Source of the DNA: Alphaproteobacteria bacterium
Lineage (GTDB): Bacteria; Pseudomonadota; Alphaproteobacteria; Micavibrionales; UBA2020
NCBI GenBank assembly: GCA_025934695.1
Contig: JAICWS010000004.1
Location: 193,496 to 257,495 of the forward strand
Direction of reading: 5' to 3'
Length of the DNA stretch: 64,000 nt
Shown here piece after piece: positions 35,559 to 43,218 of this stretch (position 1 is its first letter; every line of letters begins with the position of its first letter). A program made the translations under genes and the position numbers. The notes beneath the pieces are model-generated. The model had not been told where the DNA came from. It worked only from the letters and a program-made list of their open reading frames with translations, and searched no databases.

Positions 35559-36468
35559 GAATGAAGACGTTGATACGCCTTGGGCCAACCGGCTGATCAT
35601 CGGCCTTTGCACTCTTGTTTTTATCTTCGAACTATTCATGGGCAGCGACAGGCACCTGTTCTTCCACGCTTTCGGCTTTTCGGCGCATGACTATATTCAA
35701 GGGGCGCACGGGCTGAAGAAATTCCGCGGCGCGCTGGAGGCGGCTTTCGACCTGCTGCGCACGGGCTGGATCACGGCCATCACCGCCCAGTTCATTCACG
35801 GCGGTTTCGCCCATATCCTGGGCAACATGCTGTTCCTGTGGATTTTCGGCGCGAGCGTCGAACATGCGATGGGATCGCTGCGCTATTTCGCTTTTTACAT
35901 CCTCACGGGCGTGCTGGCGAACTTCACGCAGGCCTGGATCGGCGTGGACAACGGGCTGCCCTGCATCGGCGCCTCGGGCGCCATCAGCGGCGTCATGGGC
36001 GCCTATATGGTCTTTTACCCGCGCGCGATCATCAATGTGATGGTCTGGCGTTCCTTGACCTCCGAGCCTTATATCGCGCGCTGGCGGGCCTGGCAGTACC
36101 TGCTTTTTTTCTTCTTCACGCAGATGCTGACGGGGCTGCTGACCTGGGGCAACCAGTATCTGTCCGTCGCCGTCTGGGCGCATATCGGAGGTTTCGCCTT
36201 CGGCGCGGGGATGGCGTGGCTTTTCAGGGACCCGGACTTCCTGTTCAAGGAGGAGGGCGAGCGCCTGTTGGGCCTCAACGGCAATCCCGCGCCTCGGACG
36301 ACGGCGTACCAGGAATTCATCCTGTGGCTCGGCCGCCGCGGGAGAGATAATGCCGATACCGCTTTCGGCCCGGCGCGCAAGCGCGTCCACCACCGCCCCT
36401 CGCTGAAAGAAATGCGCCGCAAAGCCAACGCCGAGCGCGCCGAGACCATCAAGAAGCGGGGATGGTAA
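35536..36468 (+). CDS. Rhomboid family intramembrane serine protease
   Basis: 'HILGNMLFLWIFG' and 'GASGAISGVMGAY' (GxSG), with 6-7 TM segments. Confidence 0.85.
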   Translation: MLIPLSDENEDVDTPWANRLIIGLCTLVFIFELFMGSDRHLFFHAFGFSAHDYIQGAHGLKKFRGALEAAFDLLRTGWITAITAQFIHGGFAHILGNMLFLWIFGASVEHAMGSLRYFAFYILTGVLANFTQAWIGVDNGLPCIGASGAISGVMGAYMVFYPRAIINVMVWRSLTSEPYIARWRAWQYLLFFFFTQMLTGLLTWGNQYLSVAVWAHIGGFAFGAGMAWLFRDPDFLFKEEGERLLGLNGNPAPRTTAYQEFILWLGRRGRDNADTAFGPARKRVHHRPSLKEMRRKANAERAETIKKRGW

Positions 36469-36505
36469 TTGCTTCAGGCGTGGTTCTTGCTGGGGCGATG
36501 AAAGA

Positions 36506-36650
36506 TTAAACGCGAAGACCCGAAGCCCCGAAGATATTATTGCCGCGCGCAGCGCAGCAAAACTCAAACTTCAGCGGAAATCCCGCATGATTATGGGGCG
36601 CTTCGCGCCCATTGGAAAGAACTTCGGGCCTTCGGGTCTTCGCGTTAAAA
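36506..36650. repeat. Inverted-repeat element family D (AACGCGAAGACCCGAAGSCCCGAAG arms)
   Basis: Arms at 36506-36533 and 36622-36650 are reverse complements, about 90 bp apart. Confidence 0.7.
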
Positions 36651-36672
36651 ATTCGTGCTGTTCGCCCGATGA

Positions 36673-37473
36673 TTATTTTTTCGCGGCGAGCCAGGGGGCG
36701 ACGCTGGGGCTGGCGTTGTAGCATTCTTCGAGCTTCTGGCGCGTGAAGGGCTTGGCGATGAAGCCTTTCGCGCCGGCCTTCTTGGCGCTGATCACATTTT
36801 CCTTCACGCTGTCGCTGGTGAGCATGATGACATAGGCGGAGCTGTCGAACTTCAGCACTTCGGCCAGGATGTCGATGCCCGAGCCGCCGGGCAGGTGGAT
36901 GTCGAGGAACAGCACGTCGGGCAGATGCTCGAGGTAAGTATCCACGACGCCGCCCGCGTCGCCGTGCTCGATGACGGAAGCTTTCGGTTTGAAGGTATTG
37001 ACGACGAGTGAGCGCATAAACATGTCGTCATCGGCCACCATCACGACGCGCCCGACCCGGCGCTGGCGGGCGTCGAGCAGGGCGGGGAGGGGATTCGTTC
37101 CGGCTTTGCCATCTTCGCTGAGGTCCTGGAGGCGGACCTGGAGCCTGAGCAGCCCGTCCGCCGTAATATCGCCCGCCTCGACGGTGCAGCTGTATTGCGG
37201 CAGGGACGCGGTGATGCCGGCGGCCAGTTTCGCGGTATCCGAAACCGGACCCATCCTGACGATGCCCAGGATCTGGCGGCTGTTGCAGATGAACAGGATG
37301 CCGTCGCGTGCCGCGAAATGCTCGGACAGGCGCCTTGCGATGAAGGCGACGTTGTGTGAGGTTTTTTGGGTCAGCGACACCTCGACCAGCTGCCAGTCGG
37401 CCAGGTTCTTGCGGATCTCGGGCACGAAGCCCATGAACCGCGCCTGGTTGAAATGATGCAGTATCTCGATCAT
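36673..37473 (-). CDS. Response regulator: unknown N-terminal domain + C-terminal receiver (REC)
   Basis: 266 aa. REC features 'VMVADDD', 'LFLDIHLPGGSG', 'IMLTS', 'GFIAKP'. The first ~135 aa are unassigned. Confidence 0.8.
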   Translation of the reverse strand: MIEILHHFNQARFMGFVPEIRKNLADWQLVEVSLTQKTSHNVAFIARRLSEHFAARDGILFICNSRQILGIVRMGPVSDTAKLAAGITASLPQYSCTVEAGDITADGLLRLQVRLQDLSEDGKAGTNPLPALLDARQRRVGRVVMVADDDMFMRSLVVNTFKPKASVIEHGDAGGVVDTYLEHLPDVLFLDIHLPGGSGIDILAEVLKFDSSAYVIMLTSDSVKENVISAKKAGAKGFIAKPFTRQKLEECYNASPSVAPWLAAKK

Positions 37474-37697
37474 GCCGCCTCCGGAAGAAACCGTGGATGG
37501 TGCGGGATGTTTCCCCTCGAGCCCATAGTGTAGGGGATTTTCTGAATAATCTGAAGTTGAAACTGGCGATTTCGATATTGCAGAATGCGCGGGTATTCAA
37601 GCACCGCACCGGACAACGCCTTGCAGGCAGGCGACTATTCTTCTCTTCCCCTTCCTCTCCCAAAGGAGAGGAGGGCGAAGGAAAGGAGAAAAATAGT

Positions 37698-37730
37698 AAA
37701 AGGCCCCGGTCAGGGAAAACCGGGGCCTTT
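37698..37730 (-). terminator. Rho-independent terminator of recA
   Basis: AAAGGCCCCGG-loop-CCGGGGCCTTT, followed on the minus strand by a T-rich run (TACTATTTTT). Confidence 0.7.
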
Positions 37731-37798
37731 CGGGGTAGAAGAGAAGGAATCTATGGCAGTCTTGGGTGTGTGGGTGGCTTTGCCTTGGGGGTCAAGGG

Positions 37799-38935
37799 TC
37801 AGTCGGAGGCCTTCTCTTTTTTCGATTTCGGAGCGGGAGCTTCGTCGTCGCCTTCTTCGTCGCCGCCGCTGCTGTCTTCAGCGCCGGCCAGCATGGCGTT
37901 GGCGACCTGTCCCGCGTTCTCGCGCAGCTTCTTCTCGATCGCTGCCGCAATCTTGGGGTTGTCCTTGAGGAACTTGCGCGTATTCTCGCGGCCCTGGCCG
38001 ATGCGCTCGCCGTCGAAGGCGAACCAGGCGCCGGATTTCTCGATCACGTTGGCGTTGACGCCGAGGTCGATGATCTCGCCCTCTTTCGAGATGCCTTCGC
38101 CGTACATGATGTCGAATTCGACGACGCGGAACGGGGGGGCCAGCTTGTTCTTGACGACCTTGACCTTGGTCTGGTTGCCGACGACGACTTCCTTGTCTTT
38201 GAGCGAGCCGATGCGGCGGATGTCGAGGCGGACGGAGGCGTAGAACTTCAGCGCGTTGCCGCCCGTGGTGGTTTCGGGCGAGCCGAACATGACGCCGATC
38301 TTCATGCGGATCTGGTTGATGAAGATGACGATGGTGCGCGAGCGCGAGATCGTGGCGGTCAGCTTGCGCAGGGCCTGGCTCATCAGGCGGGCTTGCAGGC
38401 CCATGTGGCTGTCGCCCATTTCGCCTTCGAGTTCGGCGCGCGGCACCAATGCTGCGACCGAGTCAACGACGAGGACGTCGAGCGCGCCGGAGCGCACCAG
38501 CGTATCGGCGATTTCGAGCGCCTGTTCGCCGGCGTCGGGCTGCGAGATGAGGAGGCTTTCGATGTCGCAGCCGAGCTTGGCGGCGTAAGAGGGGTCGAGT
38601 GCATGTTCCGCGTCGATGATCGCGCACTGGCCGCCGTTTTTCTGGGCCTGGGCGATGACCTGGAGGGCGAGGGTGGTCTTGCCCGAGCTTTCCGGACCGT
38701 AGATTTCGATGATGCGGCCGCGCGGCAATCCGCCGATGCCAAGCGCGAGGTCGAGGCCGAGCGAGCCAGTCGAGATGACTTCGACTTCCTGGTGGGCATC
38801 CGAGCCCAGTTTCATGATGGAGCCTTTGCCAAAGGCGCGCTCGATCTGGCTCAAGGCGGCATCGAGAGCTTTTTGCTTTTCAGCGGCGTTCATATCGGTT
38901 TTCCCTTCAGGACGCAGTGCAGTGACGGATGACAT
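37799..38935 (-). CDS. recA: Recombinase A
   Basis: '[12 protein letters not shown]', '[10 protein letters not shown]', 'LVVDSVAAL'. Alternative ATG at 38893. Acidic C-terminal tail. Confidence 0.95.
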   Translation of the reverse strand: MSSVTALRPEGKTDMNAAEKQKALDAALSQIERAFGKGSIMKLGSDAHQEVEVISTGSLGLDLALGIGGLPRGRIIEIYGPESSGKTTLALQVIAQAQKNGGQCAIIDAEHALDPSYAAKLGCDIESLLISQPDAGEQALEIADTLVRSGALDVLVVDSVAALVPRAELEGEMGDSHMGLQARLMSQALRKLTATISRSRTIVIFINQIRMKIGVMFGSPETTTGGNALKFYASVRLDIRRIGSLKDKEVVVGNQTKVKVVKNKLAPPFRVVEFDIMYGEGISKEGEIIDLGVNANVIEKSGAWFAFDGERIGQGRENTRKFLKDNPKIAAAIEKKLRENAGQVANAMLAGAEDSSGGDEEGDDEAPAPKSKKEKASD

Positions 38936-39034
38936 GTTGGTTTACCCCTTTTTGCTGATCTGGTTCAAGTCTTGCGCCTGAGCGGCGCGTCGAATCTCTG
39001 AAAACCACTGTACGCTTTTTGTTCCAGACTTCAA

Positions 39035-39058
39035 GAACAAAATGGACAAAAAGAGAAC
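39035..39058. promoter_or_regulatory. Candidate alphaproteobacterial-type LexA (SOS) box, GGAC-N7-GAAC flanked by another GAAC
   Basis: GAAC at 39035-38, GGAC at 39044-47, 7-nt spacer, GAAC at 39055-58, in the recA upstream region. One mismatch to GAAC-N7-GAAC. Confidence 0.3.
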
Positions 39059-39170
39059 AAAATTATTTATCCAGCAAAAACAAGATGTTGAACGTTGCGT
39101 TTGACAGAATTTGCTCCGCAATGCTACAACATGTCATCATCTAGTTTTTTTCAAGGAATGCGCCACAAGC

Positions 39171-39836
39171 ATGACGCCGGCTGAACGAAAACGCGCTGAG
39201 GATCTCTGCGGCAAGGCGACGCCGGGCCCGTGGAATTTCGCCGATGAAAGCTGGGTCGGCGCCTCGCAATTCTGGGTCTATTCGAATCCCGATCCTGATG
39301 TCACCACGCGCGGTGCGCCTGTGTTTGGCAACATCGAAATCGACATGAACGGTCTCAACAACCTCGCTTTCATCACGGACGCGCGCATGCTTCTGCCCAA
39401 GGCGCTGCAGCAGATCGAGGCCTGGCAGGGCGATATCGAGAATATGAAAGCGGGCTTCGCAAAAACATCCGCCCCGATCATGACGGTCGAGGAGATCAAG
39501 CGCGCAAAGGAAATCAGCGCGCAGGCGACACCCGGCGAATGGAGCTGGGAGAACGAAGACAAATTCCTCGGCCCCAACGTCGTCACGCTTTACGCGGGGC
39601 GCGGGTCGATGGCGCATGGGCTTAACCTGTTCGGCCGCTTCGACGGCGGCGCGAACCGCGACAATGATCTCGCCTTCATCACCGAGGTGCGCGCGCTGCT
39701 GCCCAAGGCGCTCGACCACATGGACAAGCTCGGCAACACCGTGCAGCGCATGAAGCGCCCCGGCCTCGCGCTGCGGCCCCAGACTTACAAGCCGTCGGCG
39801 CCCAAACCGCCCCAGCCGAAACCGCCGGGGATGTAA
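39171..39836 (+). CDS. Ead/Ea22-like protein with an internal tandem domain duplication
   Basis: Two ~100-aa repeats, each with 'ATPG(P/E)W' and '(N/D)LAFIT..R.LLPKAL'. Pro-rich C-terminus. Confidence 0.55.
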   Translation: MTPAERKRAEDLCGKATPGPWNFADESWVGASQFWVYSNPDPDVTTRGAPVFGNIEIDMNGLNNLAFITDARMLLPKALQQIEAWQGDIENMKAGFAKTSAPIMTVEEIKRAKEISAQATPGEWSWENEDKFLGPNVVTLYAGRGSMAHGLNLFGRFDGGANRDNDLAFITEVRALLPKALDHMDKLGNTVQRMKRPGLALRPQTYKPSAPKPPQPKPPGM

Positions 39837-39843
39837 GAATTAT

Positions 39844-39965
39844 CCCCTCTCCCACTCTGCGGGAGAGGCCGGGAGAAGGTGAGCGCGTCTGCGCGTCATA
39901 TCAGCCAGCGCACTTAACGGAGAGACACCCCCTCTAACTCTCCCCCGCAGGGCGGGGGAGAGGAC
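39844..39965. repeat. Two CCTCTCCC..GGGAGAGG-type hairpins
   Basis: Hairpins at 39844-39868 and 39931-39965. The same hairpin family occurs at 16210-16249, 20364-20389 and 37640-37690. Confidence 0.6.
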
Positions 39966-39994
39966 GAAGAAGAAAACACCGAGGAATTGATCCC

Positions 39995-40576
39995 ATGTCC
40001 GAACAGCAGGACGACGATGACTGGCAGAAAATCTGGGATGCGCGGATCGAGGCGCTGACGCGGGCCTTGGGCGAGCCGGGCGACACCGTGTTTCATTCGC
40101 CGGTTCCTTTCCACCTCGAAGGTTTCGCCGATGTCGTCCCGTTCCCCTCGTACGTGACTGGCATGACCTACGTGACCGCCGACCTCACCGGCCCGGAATC
40201 GGCGCAGATCGACAATGCGCTGGGCAATTACGAGCTGATGATCTGCCTGCAGAAAGATACGCCGGCCGCCGCCGGCCTCATCAGCAAGCTCGCGCGCTAC
40301 ACCTGCGACGCGGAACTGAATCCCGGCGAAACGATGGACATGCCTAATTTCTTCGGCGACAAGACCATGCGCGGCATCCTGTTCACCACGCCGGAGCCGG
40401 AGATTTCCTTCCAGCTCGCGGGCAACGACTGCGGGCTGATGCTGCTCATCGGCATCACCAAGGAAGAGCTGGCGTTCAAGCAACAGCACGGCTCGGAAAA
40501 GCTGCTCGCCCTGCTCAAGCAGCACAAGGTCTTCCCCTACACCATCCCCGACCGGAAAACGGTGCCGCTGGGGTGA
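39995..40576 (+). CDS. Suppressor-of-fused (SUFU)-like domain protein (immunity-type family)
   Basis: 193 aa. Pattern 'VFHSPVPF..G.ADVV.FPS...GMTYVTADL...NYELMICL' resembles bacterial SUFU (PF05076), recalled from memory. Confidence 0.55.
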   Translation: MSEQQDDDDWQKIWDARIEALTRALGEPGDTVFHSPVPFHLEGFADVVPFPSYVTGMTYVTADLTGPESAQIDNALGNYELMICLQKDTPAAAGLISKLARYTCDAELNPGETMDMPNFFGDKTMRGILFTTPEPEISFQLAGNDCGLMLLIGITKEELAFKQQHGSEKLLALLKQHKVFPYTIPDRKTVPLG

Positions 40577-40655
40577 TGAGCGGGTCCCTCGCGCGCGCGG
40601 ATATATATATCCTTCTATAAGGTTTAATAACCTAAAGGTTATTGGTTAATGGTTA

Positions 40656-40699
40656 GCATTGCGATCGCATTGCCAACGCATTGCGACCGCATTGCCCCT
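40656..40699. repeat. Four tandem 11-bp direct repeats GCATTGC(G/C)nnn
   Basis: gcattgcgatc / gcattgccaac / gcattgcgacc / gcattgcccct. Preceded by the palindrome AATAACC-TAAA-GGTTATT and an (AT)5 tract. Confidence 0.7.
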
Positions 40700-40939
40700 C
40701 TTCAGAAATTACAAGGACTTGAGTCGCGCGATGGAATTCGTCCCAAGAATATCCGTGAGACTCTCAGGGACGTTTTTTTTGGACATGAATTTTGGGATTC
40801 TGGCAATCCCTGCGGCGATCGCCACTACGGATTGCATGGCCTCATGCGGGATATCTGTCGACGTCCCCAGGCGCGCCGCGTCATAATTGAAATGATGTTC
40901 ATGAAATGCTAAACATGCCTTGGGTTATCTTCGTGAAAC

Positions 40940-41647
40940 ATGGTTGTAAGCCTTAAAGCGGTGTCAATGAATCCCGTGCGTCTTTGTTTTGTCATTATCG
41001 CTCTTTTCCTCGGCACGGCGCCCGCCCACGCGGGACGGCTCGAGGATGGCACGGCCGCGCTGATCGCGGGCAACTTCCAGGACGCCATGATTTATCTCCA
41101 GCCGCTCGCGCGCATGGGCGATGTCCATGCCCAGGTCGCCATCGGCGTGCTGCACGAAAAGAGAAGCGATTACGCCGAAGCCATGAAATGGTACCGCACG
41201 GCGGCCGACAAGGGCGATCCCGTGGCGGCATGGCTGATCGGGATGCTGTACGATAACGGCAAATACACCGTCCATCCGCCCTATGACCTGGGCGGCGCGG
41301 TCAAGCCCGACATGAACGAAGCGGCGAAATGGTTTCGCAAGGCCGCCGACGGCGGCGTTCCCGCAGCCCAAGCCAGCCTTGCCCAGATGTACGTCGAAGG
41401 CTATGGCGATCTAAAGCCCGACAAGGCCGAAGCCGATTTCTGGTACAGCCTCGCGGTCGCATCGAACGCTTATTCCGACCTCGCGCTCTACGGAATCGCG
41501 CCCGGTTTCGTGGACATTACCCATGTGAAAGAGCTGGCCAAAGTATCGCGCGCTGATGTCGAACCCTCCCTGTCGCCCGCCCAGCTTGCCGCGGTGCAAA
41601 AACGGGTGAAGGAATGGACGCCGACGGGGCCTTCCGCCTCGCATTGA
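40940..41647 (+). CDS. Sel1-repeat (TPR-like) secreted protein
   Basis: Signal peptide ..MNPVRLCFVIIALFLGTAPAHA. Repeated 'A..WYR.AA..G...A...LG.MY..G' units. Alternative start at 40967. Confidence 0.85.
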   Translation: MVVSLKAVSMNPVRLCFVIIALFLGTAPAHAGRLEDGTAALIAGNFQDAMIYLQPLARMGDVHAQVAIGVLHEKRSDYAEAMKWYRTAADKGDPVAAWLIGMLYDNGKYTVHPPYDLGGAVKPDMNEAAKWFRKAADGGVPAAQASLAQMYVEGYGDLKPDKAEADFWYSLAVASNAYSDLALYGIAPGFVDITHVKELAKVSRADVEPSLSPAQLAAVQKRVKEWTPTGPSASH

Positions 41648-41789
41648 CGCCGCGCCCGGTGCGCCGCGATCCTTAAAGCAGGAGTTCTTTTCAGGCGGCG
41701 GTAACCTTTTGGGCCGCCTCGCCGAAAAGTGCATTTGACAGATAAAGCGACTCGCCTTAAGCTTTGAAACACCAGTACCGGAGACAGTG

Positions 41790-41975
41790 ATGAAGATCGA
41801 ATGGGTCGAAGAGAACTTCGCGGATTTGGGCGGCCAAGACGGCGTCTTCGCCAAAGCCGCCGACCGTTCGAACCGCACGAACCTGGCGACCCAGCCCAGG
41901 AAAATGGTCCCGATGATGCGCACCTGCCATGGCGATCTCGTCAAGGCGCCGACCTGCGTGATGGCTCACAGATAA
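41790..41975 (+). CDS. Possible small protein (61 aa)
   Basis: GGAGA SD upstream. MKIEWVEENFADLGG...TCHGDLVKAPTCVMAHR. No homolog recognised. Confidence 0.3.
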   Translation: MKIEWVEENFADLGGQDGVFAKAADRSNRTNLATQPRKMVPMMRTCHGDLVKAPTCVMAHR

Positions 41976-42035
41976 TCTTTTATTTTCAGTAAATTAACCC
42001 AGAATGTTTCATGTGAAATATCAGGCGTCTGCTTG

Positions 42036-42068
42036 GTATTTGACATAATACATACGATGGGTTATAAA
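42036..42068 (+). promoter_or_regulatory. sigma70-type promoter TTGACA-N17-TATAAA with GTATTTGACATAAT box
   Basis: -35 at 42040-42045 and -10 at 42063-42068, upstream of the 42197-43514 operon. Confidence 0.5.
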
Positions 42069-42196
42069 AGATGAGCTGATTGCAGCTCCAGGACAGGCGG
42101 TTTTTTAGGATAGCCAAGGGTTTCTCGCCTGTCTCTCATGCATGACTTGCAAAACATCCGGGCGTTTTGATGCGTTCATCCAGACGTTGAAGAAGC

Positions 42197-42607
42197 ATGA
42201 CCAATGATGTTGTAGATCCAGAAGATTTCGACGATCCGGGCATGTCGCTGACGCCGGACGGCAACTGCCGCGAGTGGCGCGACGCAAAGGGCCAGCTGCA
42301 CCGCGACAATGACCTGCCGGCCGTCAAATGGCAGGACGGCATCCGCTGCTGGTACCAGCATGGCAAGCTGCACCGCGAAGCCGGCGCCGCCTATGTGGAG
42401 CCGAATGGCCATACCGAGTTTTACATCGACGGCGAACAGGTGAGCTTCGCGCAACATCGCGAATGGCGGCAGAATTTACTTGAGGAGCGCGAGCGGCAGC
42501 GCGAGGAACGTCTGCAGCAGATTATGGAAGTGGCGCGGGATGCGACGGTCCTGAAATCCACCATCACCGTCGGCCGCGTCCTGCGCCTTAGGGCCGCCTT
42601 TTCATGA
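42197..42607 (+). CDS. MORN-variant repeat protein (YwqK-like repeats)
   Basis: 136 aa. Repeats 'G.LHRDNDLPAV.W.DG..CWYQHGKLHREAGAAYVEPNG..EFYIDG'. C-terminal tail DATVLKSTITVGRVLRLRAAFS. Confidence 0.6.
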   Translation: MTNDVVDPEDFDDPGMSLTPDGNCREWRDAKGQLHRDNDLPAVKWQDGIRCWYQHGKLHREAGAAYVEPNGHTEFYIDGEQVSFAQHREWRQNLLEERERQREERLQQIMEVARDATVLKSTITVGRVLRLRAAFS

Positions 42608-43218
42608 CGCTGCCTTTCAATCAGTCCTCTGCCGATATGCGGAAGACCGCACGCGGCATTCTCGACAGCTGGGGAGTGGAATACACGCGGGAACCCAACG
42701 GTTCGCTGCTGATCACCGGCGATATGTGGGACAAGGGGCCGGCGGGCCTGAGCGCAATGAGCAAGATGCGCACATTGGCAAAGCAACTGCTCGGCGACGA
42801 CCGGGCGCTGATTATCTATAACATGGCTGAATTTGCCGAAGAATATTCGCGCTACCGGATCACGGGGGTGCCGCCGGGTTACAGCGGCTTTGAGGAAGGT
42901 TCGCCACTCGCCAACGAGGTGCGCAAGAGACCCAAGGTGCTGCTGGTGATGGACGAAATTGAAAAGGGCAAGGCAGAGGTGGTGGCAATTCTCGACCGGG
43001 TGCTGGCGGATGGAATGCTCACCGATGGGACGGGCCGGCAGGCATCCATGGAGGGCGTCATTCCCATCAAGCTGTCGGCGGAAGTGTCGCGCCTGGAATG
43101 CGGACACCGCGAACGCGAGAGGCTCGACAAATTCATCGCGCACGCTACCGTCCTTCGGCGCTCGATGACAGTCCGAAAGCCGCTGCAGCTGAAGCAAACG
43201 CCGGCGGTTGCATCATGA
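42604..43218 (+). CDS. Degenerate Clp/Hsp100 D2-like AAA+ domain protein (Walker A disrupted)
   Basis: 204 aa. 'GVPPGYSGFEEGSPLANEVRKRPKVLLVMDEIEKG..V...LDRVLADGMLTDGTGR' parallels ClpB '[57 protein letters not shown]'. 'GPAGLSAM' replaces GPTGVGKT. ATGA overlaps at both ends. Confidence 0.6.
   Translation: MTLPFNQSSADMRKTARGILDSWGVEYTREPNGSLLITGDMWDKGPAGLSAMSKMRTLAKQLLGDDRALIIYNMAEFAEEYSRYRITGVPPGYSGFEEGSPLANEVRKRPKVLLVMDEIEKGKAEVVAILDRVLADGMLTDGTGRQASMEGVIPIKLSAEVSRLECGHRERERLDKFIAHATVLRRSMTVRKPLQLKQTPAVAS

Noticed and set aside
40649-40912. 87-aa ORF in the AT-rich gap upstream of the Sel1 gene.
   Set aside because: It begins inside the 11-bp repeat array, has no SD, and its composition and Cys/His/Arg-rich translation look non-coding. 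A 43-codon minus-strand ORF in the same gap is equally unsupported.
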